DNA of 64,000 bases. Origin: Raja brachyura (taxonomy: Eukaryota). A program made the translations under genes and the position numbers. The first letter of the stretch is position 1. Every line of letters begins with the position of its first letter. Location: assembly GCA_963514005.1 (NCBI GenBank), contig OY740783.1:99014001-99078000 (forward strand), written 5' to 3'. The notes under the pieces were generated by a model. It was given only the letters and a program-made list of their open reading frames with translations, had not been told where the DNA came from and did not search any database. Positions 1-13,940 of the stretch are shown here, one piece after another.

Positions 1-344
1 TGGGAGCTGGAATTATCCTGAACAGTTCTTCCTCCTGACGCACGGTCACACCATGTTCTCAATGGACTCCTTGTGCATCACAAATTTAAAGAAGGAATTC
101 CAGAGAATGAGTCCTTGGAAGGAGAAAGAAGATCACTGGGATGGAGTGGTCACATCTGGGATTTGCAAGAGACCAATGCTGGAGGAGTGCAGAGATTTTG
201 GTGGGTTGCAGGAGGTTGCAGAGATTGTTGGGAGGAGAGGAAGCCATGGAGAGACATGTAAACAGGATGTGAATTTTAAAATGGAGGCGCTGCCTGCAGA
301 GGAGCTGGTGTAGGCGCTGGTGTTGGGTATAGGATGGGTTAGCA

Positions 345-965
345 TCATAGAGTCATACAGCGTGGAAACAGGCCCTTCGGCCCAACTTGCCCACGTCGAC
401 CAATGTACCCCTTATATTGCCCCCTCCCTGTGTGTGTTTGGCCCATATCCCTCTAAACGTATCCTATCATGATTATTTTATACTTCACTGTCACATGTGA
501 CGTCGCTATGATATTCTTTGCTTTGCCTACCCAAGGTATGCAAAGAGTCTCCACATAAAGAGCACCAACAAACATGTATCTAAATGTTTCTTAAACGTTG
601 TAATAGTCCCTGCCTCAACTACCTCCTCCTGCAGCTCGTTCCATATACCTACCACCCTTTCTGTAAAAAGGTTGCCCCTCAGGTTCCTATTAAATCTTTC
701 CCCCCTCACCTTAAACCTATGCCCCCTAGCTCTCGATTCCCCTACCATGGTTAAAAGATTTTGTGCATTTACAATATCTATTCCTCTCAAGATCTTATAC
801 ACGTTTATAAGATCACCCCTCATCTCCTGCACTCCAAGGAAGTGCTAGGAGTCCTAAAGTCCTTGCCTGCTCAACCTCTCCCTATAACTCAAGCCCTCGA
901 GTCCTGGCAACATCTTCATAATTTTTTTCAATATCCTTTCTAGGTGAACAACAACTTTCCTATAA
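345..965 (-). mobile_element. CR1-clade LINE 3' fragment, interrupted by a ~100 bp insert at ~472-571
   Basis: ORF 527..832(-) RGDLINVYKILRG...RGHRFKV...NLFTERVVGIWNEL is the typical CR1 ORF2 C-terminus. Confidence 0.85.
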
Positions 966-2990
966 CAGAGTGAGTGGATGTGACCCTGGTGTGAATTAGG
1001 GCACAGGTAGTGGCGTTGCGGATAAGTTTATTTACCTTGTGGTATCATAGTCTAGGATTTATCTTGGAGAAACTCAGCGGGTGAGGCAGCATCTATGCCT
1101 CTTCTTAAAGTAGGATTAATCTTATATTTGAGTTGACTTACTGTGGCTTCAAATGGATGTGAAGGTGTTGATTTATCAAATTAACTTAAGCAGGCTTCTC
1201 ATAATGGGATTCCTCCAGTGTCATGAATATTTACTTTCAAATTATAGGTTGGTTTGTTCAAATGGATGTGAAGATGTTGATGAAAATTAAGAAGATTATC
1301 CAAGGGATCTACTTTTAATAGGAAACAGAATTAACTTTGGCAACACACCATGTTTGATGTGATGTACACTCTGCATGAAAGGAAATGTTTCATTGACTGT
1401 GCGGAGCTTTGGTCTCTACATAATGACATGATAAATGCAGAGAATCATTGTCATACAGCACAGAAAAAAGGCCCTTCGGCCCAACTTGTCCATGCTGACA
1501 CAATTCGTAGTATAGAAATAAACCCTTTGGCCTAATGCTAGATTTTACACTCCAGCAAACCTCGTCCTATTCCATTCCCTTGCACTCATCAGAATATCCT
1601 TCCATTCATATTTGCCTCAAGTGTTTATTCATCAACTCCTTACATCCCCTCACCCTTCCCCCATAGTCAACTCAACCTCTCCCTATGGGAGTGAGTTCCA
1701 CATTCTCACTGTAACCTAGGTGAAAAAACTTCTTAATTCCACATTTTGTTTACTCACAATCAGTTCCTCGTTGTGCACTTAAGACACAAGGCAAATCACC
1801 TTCATAAAGATTTTAGCTCTCCTTTCCATGGGAAATTTGAATGAAAAAGCCTTTGGGTGGATCGCTTCCTGTTGGTACTTTATGGTGAAGAAGAATTACC
1901 TTAAAGGGCAGTACTAAATCATCACAAGCCTGTTAATACTGCTAGCACTTACACAGCAACTGAACTCCCTTTCCCGACTCCCTCGGGTGAAAGAGGGATA
2001 GAATCAGTGGATAAACTACATTCAGTTTATAGCAACCTGTCCATTATTAGTTCATTACCTGGTCGTGTGGAATTAATGCATTTGCCAGAGGGTATTAACA
2101 AAACACATAGGCAGGATGTTTAATGATTTTTTTTATATAAAGAAATGTCAGACACCAACAATAATGATTAAATAATAAAAAAATATAATATAAATGCTCA
2201 CAAAATCACAGCAAATAATACATCATAGCATTCAAATTATAAAATACAAATACTGAACACAAAGCAGCCTCTCTTACACTGCAGAAAAAAGAAATAATTC
2301 CAAAAAAGTATATATAATATACAAATTGGGAAGAAAGCAAATAATTTACTTTTAGACAAGATTACTGAATGATTGGTTTCTTTCCCCCATTTTGAACAGT
2401 GTGACTACAGTTGCCTTAATCTTCAGCCTTAGAACTCCCTCTTCCAATCTTTCTGCTTTTCATTGGGTCTTTGAGATCCTCTTTAAAATCAATTTCTTCA
2501 ATTGAGCTTCTGGTCATCTAATATCTCTTTAAATGAATCGGTGTCAATTTTTGTTTTGTTAGAGTTCTTGTGAAGCAGGGTGGATATTTAGCTATGTGAG
2601 AGATAATGTAAAAATGTCATTATCAAACATGAATTTTGACCAACTTCAGTAGTTATTGATGGAGTGAAAGAAACAACGTGGTCGTTCAACTTGAAAACAG
2701 TGAATGCTGAAAACACTTGGCAAATCAGGCAGCATCCGTGGAAGGAGAAACTTTAATGCTTCAGCTCAATGAGGTGTCATCAATCCGAAACAGAAACAGA
2801 AACAATCCGAATCTGTTTCTGTTTCCCTTTCCATTTCCACAGATGCTGCATGACTTTCTGAGTATTTCCAGCATTTTCTGTTTTTATTTCAGATTTCCAG
2901 CAACTGATCTTTTTAATTGTTTTAACAAGGTTATTCAACCTTCATCTTGCCACCCCTACATCCCACCCTATCATATCAGTCCTCTGAGGT

Positions 2991-3521
2991 TAGACACAAA
3001 AGGCTGGAGTAGCTCAGCGGGACAGGCGGCATCTCTGGAGAGAAGGAATGGTGATGTTTCGGGTCGAGACACTTTTTCAGACTGAGAGTCAGGGGAGAGG
3101 GAAACTAGAAATATGGAAGGATAAGGTGTGAAAATGACAGGTCAAAGCAGACAATGTTCAAGGAAATGTAGAATGGTTCATTGTTGGTTGAGGGGAAGGT
3201 GAGAACGAGGCATGCAAACAGTAATATTAATCAGAACAGTGAAAGTAGATGGAGAACTAGGGCGGGGGACGGATGGAGAGACAGGGAAAGCAAGGGCTAC
3301 TTGAAGTTAGAGAGATCAATATTCATATCGCTGGGTTGTAAGCTGTCCAAGCGAAATATGAGGTGCTGTTCCTCCAATTTGCGTTTGGCCTCACTCTGAT
3401 AGTGGAGGAGGCCCAGGACAGATAGGTCAGTATGGGAATGGGAGGGGGAGGTAAAGTGCTTTGCAACCGGGAGATCATATAGGCCCAGGCGGACTGAGCG
3501 AATGTGTTCAGCTCAAGATGT
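2991..3521 (-). mobile_element. Penelope-like element, 5'-truncated (GIY-YIG C-terminus plus 3' terminal repeat)
   Basis: Minus strand encodes ...RKLEEQHLIFRLDSLQPSDMNIDLSNF; 12-bp TSD gtcctctgaggt at 2979-2990 and 3522-3533. Confidence 0.8.
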
Positions 3522-4544
3522 GTCCTCTGAGGTGGCTACCAATTACAGCCGGAGCAGTTCATGTTTGATTGTTTTAACAACAACCTAATAGGGTTGATGC
3601 TCTCATGTTCAAGTTACCCAACAAACTCCAGTATCTTCTCCACAATACAACAGAGCCCCACCATAGCTTGGCTTCCAACCCGCAGCATCTCTATAGTGAC
3701 ACAGCCGTGATTGCCAGTGGCTAAATGAGCTCGTTAAGCTTACTGCTTAAGATCAGGCACTATTATTGACCATTAAGCTGTTGATAAACTCCAATTAACA
3801 CACCCTGACACATAATAAATCAACAAATTATCAAATTACTGATCACAAACTGGGAACTTTGGAAAAGCAGATGTTTTCAGAAATATGCATTTGTTTTGTT
3901 TAAAATTTAATCAGCTGAATGACTCATTGCAACTCAAAAATGGAATGCTTACATTTTTTGGGGGAGAAAAAGAGATGACCCATTTACAGTTTTATTCTGA
4001 ATGTTGTTACACTTGGGGAATTCCACTGCAGGAAGGAAGGAAGCAGCCTATTTAACATAAATGTGGTTCAAAGCAGAAGGAAAAATCATAATCTAAGATG
4101 TTATTAATAATTAAATGTTCTTGAATATAAGCCCTCAATTAAAAAAATCTATTTATTTTTAGAACTAAAGGCTGAGCTGTAAAATTGCTTGTTCATCTTG
4201 ATCCACCAAACTGAGCAAAGACTACTGATTAACAAGATGTTCTGGCCAAGTATCTACCCACAAAGGTTTTCTCCACTGAGGTCACAGTCACAGGCTATGG
4301 AGCTAATGATTCAGGAGTGCGATGAGGAGCACTTTCTTGGAAGATTCAAAGTGTAGGGAATTCCTCTCCCAGAGGGCTGCAGAGGTATATTCATTGAGGA
4401 GACACAAGGCAAAGATTGACAGATTCCTCCAAGCTGAGGGGATGAAGAGCTACAGAGTTCAGACAGGAAGATAGAGTTGAACTATCAGGGAGTCGTCAAG
4501 CAGGATTGAGGGGCTGAATGACCTCCTCCTCATCCATAGTTGGT

Positions 4545-4860
4545 GGCCCAGTGGCATAGATGGAGGAGCTGCTGCCTCACAGTGCCAGAGGCCTGGAATG
4601 AATCGTGACTTTGGATGCTCTCTGTGTGGAGTTTGCACATTCTCTGAGACCACGTGAGTTTTCTCCGGGTGCTCTGTTTTCCTCCCACATCCCAAAGACA
4701 TGTGGATTTGTATGTTAATTGGCCATTGTAAATTGCCCCTGGGGTTTAGGGAGTGGATGAGAAAGTGGGATAACATACAACTGGTATGAACTAGCGATTG
4801 ATGGTCGACGTGGGTTTGGTGGGCTGAAGGACCTGATTCTGCTGTAGTTTTCAATCAATT
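4545..4860 (+). mobile_element. tRNA-derived V-SINE (HE1-like)
   Basis: tRNA-like head plus V-domain gtgtggagtttgcacattctc...ttttctccgggtgctc...cctcccacatcccaaaga. Confidence 0.75.
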
Positions 4861-7680
4861 AATTAATTACTGATGTTCTTTTTTAATGAGGACTTTGGAT
4901 ATAAATGAGGAGATAGGGTTGAAAGGCAAAAGAATTAAACCCAAGAAAAGATGAACCTTCATGCCAGACAAATAGGGGTTGAACACCATTTACATATTCT
5001 GTGAGATTAACATAAACCACATCCCACTTTAAATAAATTCAGACTATCACTTTGGACATTTAAAATATTTCGAGGATTTTGTTTATTTTCCATTCATTCA
5101 CAAGAAGTGGATGAAGCCAGTCTTTATTACCCATTGAACCAAGTGGACATTAAAAAGACAACCATTTTGGTAGATCTGGAATCACATCAAGGCTAGTTAG
5201 AGTAGGAACAAAATCCCATGCTCTGAAGGAATAAGGTGAGTTCTTGCAATATTTCAGTAGTGCCCTTGCTGATATTAATCATTATAATTTACAATAATTG
5301 GTATAGAAACTTAGAAAAGGTAAGTAAAGGTTCTTTTGACAGACTGTATCAGCCAGTCAGTTTATAAGAGGTGGGTGAAGCCGAGCATGGCAATAATTAA
5401 TGGTAGGCATGTGGGCTAGTGTAATATAAGCTACCACACGCAATGGGCTGAGGAGGAGCTGTATTGTTAGAGATCTGTTTCTCAGACTGTCATTTTCTTT
5501 TTGTCAGGTGGACAGAGGACTGAGAAATACATCTGACAGACTGCCTCTTTGTCCCTGATGTACGTGTGGAGGGTCCAGTGGCCTTTATTGTGGACAAGAA
5601 CAGAAGAGTTCTCTCAGTATCCTGCCCAATATCTGCCCTTCGACTGACAGCAGCAGAAAGAATATCTGGTCTTTGTGATGGTCGTGAGATCCTACTGTAC
5701 ACAGACGGGCTGCCAATTTTCTTACTTTACAGCAGCGGACCCACACGTACAAAAGCATCTCGTTAGTGACAGTCAGATATACTGTGGAAATGCATGATTT
5801 TTCTTTTTCACTTTCCGCTGATGGCTGATCTCAATTATACTGGGCTGTAGGTTAGTTTAAGTTCAGGACAGCATCTTGATGCTTCTCAAAAAGCTCACAC
5901 ACTTGATTAAAATAACACACTAGAACGACTAACTATCTGGTTCTCAAGTACAAAATGAATTGGCAGCTTTTGCAGCTTTAGGTTATGTGTGCATCTTCTG
6001 AACAATCTCACAACTACAAGCGTCCGCAAAGATTTTTTTTAAATGATGTTATTCCCATTTGAGATTTTTAAACTCCCTACCTCACTGACTGAACCCTCAC
6101 TACGTCAGTGAACTGCCTGCTGCTACTGCTGCTGCTATTTTATTATTATGTTTATATATTATTATATATATTATATATATTATATTTAATATATGCTATA
6201 TTATTATGCTGCTGTCTTTTAAGCATGATGCTTTTTTACTTTTTACTATTTATTCATAGGCTCGTTATTATTTAAATTTTATTGTGGAAGGTTTTTATAT
6301 GTTATAAGAATTTATTGATGTCTTTACTGCACTTTATTGATGTCTTACTGCACTATTACGTTGCTCGGACCTGAATACAAATTTTGTTCATGATTCATGT
6401 GGAAGCATGTTTTTATCGAATGACAATAAATAAATGGGAAAAAAAAAATTATTTCTGTGAACATTTCACAGGATGATGAAATAAATTGAACAGAAAATAG
6501 AATATGCTTGCCTGAGGTTCCACCAAGAGCAGTAGAGTAACTGAAAATTAACTACTCTATAGTTAAGCTATTCAAAGTTTTAATTGAATCCGCATTCTAT
6601 TAGGCGTGTGCTAATTTCGTTTTCATTTATTAATTTTATGGTGTGGCTAGGACTTGATTTGTTATCCATTCCTAACTTGCTTTTTGAGTGGGTTGTGGTG
6701 AGCCACGTGCTACAGTCCTTCTGCGGACAGCGGTTCCACAGTGTTGTTACACAGACATTTCTGTATACGTGGACAATGAGTGAACAACGATAAGGTTTGA
6801 AGTAAATGACTTGGGAGGAAACCTCCAAAACATTAGCAAATTAAAGTAAGTCGATGAATTATTTTAAGATCATGGAGGAACATGCTACACAGAAGGCATT
6901 CAGTCTATTGTACCTCTTCCAGCTCTTGTCCCATACCCCTGTTCTGTCCCCAAACTTTGCAAATTTTCTTTTCTATTTATCAAATATAATTTAAAAATCG
7001 CCATTGAATCTGATTTTGCTGGCTTGTCCTAAAAAGGGGAAATCTTGCCTGTGTTTTTTTACTTTAGGAATACAATGCACAAACAGGTCCTTTGGCCCAC
7101 CAAGTCGGCACCGACCACCAATCACCCCGGCGTACGCAGACAACACCCGTGGTCAGGTTCGAACCCAGGACCTGGGCAACTCCACTGCTGCTCCATTGCA
7201 CCGCCCTGTTGTTCTACAATTGGCATGTCAAAGAAAACAGAAGATCCGTGATTTAATTTACTCTCTTCAGGCCAATGCATCCTCATTTTCATATTCCCTG
7301 AAAACCATCAGGGGCCAGATTTTGTTGAGTTTTGCTGACCATTCCACATTCAGCGGAGTCCTGATTTAGTCAGGAACTTCAACAAAGATGCCGGAATTCC
7401 AAACTTAATGGCTGACCTTGTGTCCCAGTTGTAACTCTTCCATTGGATCTTCGTCAACTCCAGTGGGAGGGCAGGATCCTTCTGAGATTCTCCAGCACTC
7501 TTGCTGTTCGGATCCTGCACCAACACACCAGTCCCAGGAATGCTCACCCACTCAGTTTTGTTGGCTATAAGGAACTAATTATGTTAATTTAAAAAAAAAA
7601 ATTGGTGTTTGGTTTAATATTTGTGATTATTAAAGTTATGTTTTTGATACCCATAAAAAAAAACGTGTTTATTTCAATCA

Positions 7681-7997
7681 CTGAATCATGGAAACAAGTC
7701 TTTCGGTCCAACTTGCACACGCCGACCAAAATGCCCCGTCAAAACTAGTCCAATCTGCCTGCTTTTGGCCCATATCCTCTAAACCTACCCTATCCATGTA
7801 CCATCTAAATGTTTCTTAAATGTTGCGATAGTACCTGCTCAACTACTTCCTCCAGCAGCTCATCCCATACACCCACCACCATTTGTGTAAAAAAATTACC
7901 CTTCAGTTTCCTCCCTTCACCTTCAACCTGGCTCCACTGGTTCTCGATCCCCCTACTCTGGGCAAGAGACTCTGCGCGTTTACCCAATCTATTCCTC
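7681..7997 (-). mobile_element. CR1 LINE 3' fragment
   Basis: GNFFTQMVVGVWDELLEEVVE-like translation and the same 3' tail as the 345-965 copy. Confidence 0.75.
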
Positions 7998-8628
7998 TCT
8001 TTGAGAATGAAGATCATTGGAAAAGTCTTGACTGCTTTGACAGGTAACTTTGACAGGTAGCAAAGCGGGAGGTCAGAAATTAGAACCGTAGAAAATAGGT
8101 GGAGGAGTAGGCTATTCGGCCCTTCGAGCCAGCACCACCATTCAATATGATCATGGCTGATCATCCAGAATCAGTACCCTGTTCTTGCTTTTTCCCCATA
8201 TCCCTTGATTCCGTATTAGTTATTGGCTTCTGGAATAGTTTTGAGAGCCGAGTGTGTTCCGACCTGGCCTCATCATTCCATAACATCACTCAGGGCAATG
8301 ACACTGCTCAAAGTCTCACTGCATGGCTTGTGGGCTCGCTGGGTCTGTACCACGGGCCTTTCCAATCTGTTAAGGCCAGTCGGGAATAGGAAGGTCAGAA
8401 GTATCAAATGGGCCCCAATCATGAAAATCTGGGCCAATATTTATAGGTTTAATAAATACTCAACTAAATTTCAATGGTGCCGCAATCCGCTGATTAATGT
8501 TGGCTGTGACTGGACTTTGAGAAAAAAACACCTCCAACCACCAGAATTGTGTGTCTGCTGTCTGCTTCTCTCCATGTCTCCTCAGACTGCCCCCAGCCTG
8601 GGGCTCACAGACATGTGGTGACACTCAC

Positions 8629-8752
8629 CAATTCCTTCTTCTTCATGCACTCCATTAAAATGATGAAGAGGTGCTGAGCTTGTGTGCGGCTGTAGTTGAA
8701 GGTCTTCTGAATGGTGACGAGCAGTTGGTCTCTCAAAGATTCGTTTATTACC
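8629..8752 (-). CDS. TRPM3: TRPM3 coding exon ([42 protein letters not shown]), 124 nt
   Basis: ccccacag|GGTAATA...GAATTG|gtgagt; phase 2 to phase 0; matches TRPM3 [18 protein letters not shown]. Confidence 0.97.
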
Positions 8753-8834
8753 CTGTGGGGCACAGAAACAAAGATCAGAGACTTTAAGAAGATACGCTGA
8801 CAAGATTTGACACTGAGGAATGTTAGAAATGGGA

Positions 8835-9262
8835 GATCATAAGGTCATAAGTGATCGGAGTTGAATTAGCCCATTCGGCCCATCAAATCTACCCCAACAT
8901 TCAATCGTGGCTGATCACTCTCTCCCTCCTAACCCCATTCTGCTGCCTTCTCCCCAAAACCTCTGACACCTGTACTAATCAAAAATCTATCTATCTCTAC
9001 AAGAAAGATTTCCACTGACTTGGCCTCTGCAGTCTTCTGTGGCAAAGAATTCTACAGATTCACCACCCTCTGACTAAATAAATGTATCCTCATCTCCTTC
9101 CTGAAAGAAGTTTCAATTCTAAGGCTATGACCTCTAGTCCTAGACTCTCCCACCAGTGGGATCATCCTCTCTACATCCACTCTATCCAAGCCTTTCACTA
9201 TTCTGGATGTTTCAATGAGGTTCCCCCTCATTCTTCAAAACTCCAGCGAGTACAGGCCATTG
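8835..9262 (-). mobile_element. CR1 LINE 3' fragment
   Basis: Closely similar to the 55530-55930 copy, whose ORF shows the CR1 C-terminus (GESRTRGHSL). Confidence 0.75.
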
Positions 9263-10814
9263 CCTCATTCAACTCCTTTGGCTTGTTCTAATTCAATTTG
9301 ATAAATGTTCTCAATTCCATCTACCTTGGTCCAGTAATATTCTTGTCTAGCAGAATTCCTCTATCTCAGTCTTGGCATATTCAGTTAACCCCACCAGCCT
9401 CAAATCTTTTGTCTAACTTTACGCCAAAGCATTGGAATTAACAGCTATTTCTTCAGCAAGACAGGATGAAACTAGAAAAACTAAGTATGCTTCTGCTCTG
9501 GATGAAATAATAACCAGCAACTAAGATGCTCTCATTATTATCATAATAATATTGGGGCAATGATTTTGGTATTACACCCTGAACTTAGAAAATCAACTTG
9601 CTAAGAGATTTCATGTAACGTGGCAATATTAACCATCCTTAAAAAAAAGATTTATTTAATAATTCCAGTTTGGTTTAAATCATTGAGAGGACAACTTTAA
9701 ACACAACATGTTGATATTTATGTTACAGCCAAAGCTACAGCCATGAATTCATGAATTTCTACGACTACTGATTAAATGCTTCGCTCTTGCTAGTCAGATT
9801 GTTACATTCATGTAACAAGAAAATGTATCTGATTGATTGGACCATAAGTTAATCATGTTGATCTACTCAAATTTTCATTAGCAAAGCGAAGCAATTATAA
9901 ATAATGAATGAGAAACTTATGCAGAAAACCTCTGTTTTTCTCTCTCCCTTAGTTTGCTGCCATCGTGGTCTTTAATCATGAAAATATTCCTTTCAACCAG
10001 ACCCGAACACAGTTACCCCTTTCATTACACCACTTCCCACACTTTCCTGATTGTCAGTCTGTCCAGCTGCAGTGCCTTAGACCACATAGGAACCTGGGTA
10101 CAATTGTTGGACTCCACAACCCACTGCCCGGAGGTGCCTCTCGAATTCTGAACTCTCATATTCTGATGAAAGGTCATCCGACTGCAGCATTAACACTGTG
10201 GTCTCGATATTAGAACATCTGTTATTTCCCTGGGGAAAGGTCTGCAGCCCTGCAGCCTTCTAATGCAGGCCATGTGGGTGGACGTACCTGGGAATTTTTC
10301 AGGGATTTGCCTTGTGTTCGGGAAGTTTTGAAAGATTGCGTGGTCGTAGTGGACTATGTTGTGATCTCCCACTCAATGAAGCTCAGACATGCCCAATGAA
10401 CCTCACCCAACCTCAGTCCTACCAGGCTGTTAATCTGAAGTCTCCAGCAGGCTAGAGTGTGTTTAACATGGGAATGTGGTGAAGAGGAGGAGGCTACAAC
10501 TACATGTCCACCAAGTGTTGTGCTGCAGCCTGCATGGTCTGAGGGTCAGCTCTCAGAAAAGGTTCGCAGATGCGCAAGTTATCCGCCTCTCGGATAGACT
10601 GTCTGGCAGGAGGCGGAGTGGAAGGAGACATTTAGCACAATGAACATTTAGCTTCACCCCATTGCTCCATGGCTGCCTCTGTGTGATGTCAGTCCCTCTG
10701 ACCCTGTTGTTTCAAACATGAAGTGGCCCACAGTTGAACAATGCGGTAGAGGCACTACATGTTTCCCTCTCGTGTTAGTTGAGACGGCGCAGTCTGTCCT
10801 TAGCCTGGCACTTA

Positions 10815-11021
<207 letters not shown>

Positions 11022-11339
11022 TCAGGGAGCCAAAGTCTCCGCAGCACATAGAGCCCACAGGAAGAGCACCAAAATAGTCCATTCAGCCCATCTGGCCGGT
11101 GCCAGCATTTACCAGCATGTGGGCCTCTCCTCATCACCCATCACCATATTCTTCTATTCATGTGCCCACGTTCATATTAAAATATAGAACGGTGTAGCAC
11201 AAGACCAGGCCACTCGTCCACAATCACTGTGCTGAACTGGATACTAAAGTTAAACCAATCCCCTCTGCCTGCATGTGAGTCATATCCCTCCAATCTCTGC
11301 ATATTGATATGCCTGTCTAAAAGCCACATTGCATCTGCT

Positions 11340-11534
11340 GGACCCATAGCAGAAGCGTCCACGTCGCGGGGCTGGAAACTGGAAGTATCCTGAGTTGATT
11401 CTGCTACCACCATCATCTATCGCACCAAGTGATGGCTCCCACTGATGGTCGCCGGAGGCTTGCGTCCTTTTCAGGAAGGACAATGACAGCGATGTCAACA
11501 TTTGAAACATGGAAGATGGACACTTAAGAAGAAG
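11340..11534 (+). mobile_element. Short 5'-truncated non-LTR (RTE-like) insertion inside a CR1 fragment (~11183-11635)
   Basis: 12-bp TSD attgcatctgct at 11328-11339 and 11535-11546; (AAG)3 tail; host CR1 sequence resumes after the TSD. Confidence 0.65.
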
Positions 11535-12194
11535 ATTGCATCTGCTTCAACCACCACCCCTGGCAACACTTTCCAGGTACCCACCATTCTCTGTGTAAAA
11601 AAACTTGATCACAACATCTTCTTTAAACATTGCCCCAGAAAAAAGGTAAGAGGGGAAAAAAAGATTTCAACAGTACTGCATAATTGTCTGTACACCGACA
11701 AGGTCTGATTTGCCACAACAAATGATTGAAATTATTTTAATATCTGAGCAGTGTTCCTCATGAGAACTGTAAGCAAAGTTGTGAGAAATTCTTGAGCAGG
11801 AGTGAATTCCATTGCAAACTGCTATTACATATTTTACAGGACTGAAGCAAACCTTTCAGCCCAAACGCCCCATGTTGGTGTTTATGCTCCAGGAGAGTCT
11901 CGTTCGAACCCTCATCACCTCCTGTCACAATCTAATGATCTGAAATATTAACACAGTTTCTCCATCCACAGACGCTGCCTGACTTGCAGAGTATTTCCAG
12001 TATTTTCGGTTTTGTTACATAATTCCAGCACCTGCAGTTTTTGTTTTTATTTTTCTTCTTCATCTCCACTTTTCCTTTTATTCCTTTTTCTCTGTCATGT
12101 TATCCAGATGGTCCCTAAATGTATCCAAGCTTTAACTTTTGGGAGCAAGTTAGTCATTCCCACCTCTCACTGGGTAAAGATGTTTCTCCTGAAT

Positions 12195-12440
12195 TAGTTT
12201 AGTTTAGAGATACAGCGCGGAAAGAGCTCTTCGGCCCAACGAGTCCGCACCGACCAGCAATCCCCACACATGATCACTGTCCTACACCCAATAGTGACAA
12301 TTTACATTTATTCCAAGCCAATTTACCTATAAACCTATATGTCTTTGGAGTGTGGGAGGAAACCGAAGATCTCAGAGAAACCTCACGCAGGTCACGGGGA
12401 GAACGCACAAACTCCATATAGACAGCACACGTAGTCTGGA
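12195..12440 (-). mobile_element. V-SINE (HE1-like)
   Basis: Reverse-complement V-domain (gtctttggagtgtgggaggaaaccg...acaaactcc). Confidence 0.75.
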
Positions 12441-12829
12441 TCAAAAAATCTGTAGCCTCCTTTTGCTCTGGTATTTTTTTAAATTCACATGTGTAATCAA
12501 TAATGTTTTATTATTAATGTTTAATGTTGTCACTTGCAGGTGGAGCACCAAGGCAAATTCCTTGCATGTGAATACTTGGCCAATAAACTTAAACTTATCC
12601 ATTCATTCAATCAGTCTCACTGGATTTATTTTTGATCACCTTCTCCTATGAGCCCTAGCCATATGTACACTGTGTAAAATTCAAATGTGATCAAAAAGAA
12701 ATTATTCATCAGTCTTCTCTTTTCTGAAGACAGCCCCAGCCAGTTCCTTTTCTTCTTTTGGTTTATGCCTCTCAGATCTACTTTCATTCGTGTCAATCTT
12801 TTATATATTTCTTCCACTGCCTTCGTATC

Positions 12830-13090
12830 ATGAACTTAATTATAAAGATGTTCAGGAAATACTTTCAAAAGTGTAGTCGGTATTGCATGCAGCAAACGCC
12901 CACACAGCAATGTGATAAAAGGCAGAGAATCTGTGTCAATGATGTTGATTGAAGGGCTGATGTTGAAAGACATCAGCAATAGTCTCCTGCGCTTCTTCAA
13001 AGCTCCACCAGGGGACTTTGCACAGGGTGAGAGGGTGGGTAGACACTCATCCACAAGGCAGTGGTCGTGGCAACGCAGCACGTACTCAGC
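12830..13090 (-). mobile_element. Old Deu-domain-type SINE remnant
   Basis: Minus strand ccttcaatcaacatcattgacacagatt...atcacattgctgtgtgggcgtttgctgc resembles the copies at 35340, 54440 and 62530. Confidence 0.45.
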
Positions 13091-13156
13091 ACCTCACCCT
13101 GTGGAACCCTGTGGCCCAGTTTTACTGAGAGAGCCATTGTTGGGATGTGAAGGAGG

Positions 13157-13412
13157 GCTGGGGGGGGGGGGGGGGAAGGAATGAATGGGGGAGGAAATGA
13201 GGATGGAGGGGGTGCGGGAGGAAAGGAGGATGGGACATGGGAGGAATAGAGAATGCAGGGAAATGAGGAAAAGGAGAGGTGAAGAGGGAGGAAAGAGGGG
13301 GAGAATGGAGGGAGGGATGAGAAACGGATGGAGAATGGTAGGAAGGAGGGGAGGAAGAAAGACAAGGAGGGTGGGAAGATGCAGAAGGGAGGAAGGGAGA
13401 GGAAAGAGATGG
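13157..13412. repeat. Polypurine (G/A-rich) low-complexity tract
   Basis: Almost only G and A on the + strand, including a long G run. Confidence 0.9.
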
Positions 13413-13670
13413 TGTATGTTCAGAGCGGAACTAAACGTGACACACAGGTTCTGACCGAATAATATATCTGGGGGGTGTCTGTGAATCACTGAATATCTAA
13501 ACATTTTGCACTCACACTGCAAGTGGATTCTGGGATCAGGCATGGATCTGTACCTGGAGGTGGGAACTTTGTATTTTGCCGTACCCCATATTTGACTTTA
13601 CTCAGATAGGCACAGTACCATACAAATAACGGATTATATCGCAGCAGAATGACCAAGTGGATGCCATAGA

Positions 13671-13752
13671 TGACGGTTGAACGTCCCTTTGCATTCCCAG
13701 CCCCTTCACATATTCTCAGGCATAGGATGACAAAGGGAAGTCCACATGTCAC
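13671..13752 (-). ncRNA. MIR204: pre-mir-204 hairpin (5p mature 13718-13739, 3p 13681-13701)
   Basis: The reverse complement of 13718-13739 is UUCCCUUUGUCAUCCUAUGCCU (exact miR-204-5p). The 3p arm is GCUGGGAAUGCAAAGGGACGU and the loop GAGAAUAUGUGAAGGG is mir-204-like. It lies sense within a TRPM3 intron, the established host of mir-204. Confidence 0.97.
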
Positions 13753-13940
13753 ACATGTTAACGGTCCCTATTCCACACTTTAGGGAGAGAAAGGAAGGGG
13801 CTTTCTAGTAATACCTCTCACTACCTCGGGACATCCCTGCGTGGCTGATGAGCTACTTTTTGAAGTGCCGTCATGGCTCAAGTGAAGGAAACACAGAAGA
13901 CATCTTAGTCACAGCAAGCTCCAGCACATCAATGTGATCG

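Noticed and set aside
1148-1281. ~24-bp imperfect direct repeat (ttcaaatggatgtgaag.tgttgat)
   Set aside because: Only two copies, in degenerate repeat-like sequence; no functional signal.
1890-1935. Possible next TRPM3 exon (ILTALLKG) ending at aag|gtaa
   Set aside because: The translation does not give ITVFRMG...ILTALLK; that exon is probably beyond the window start.
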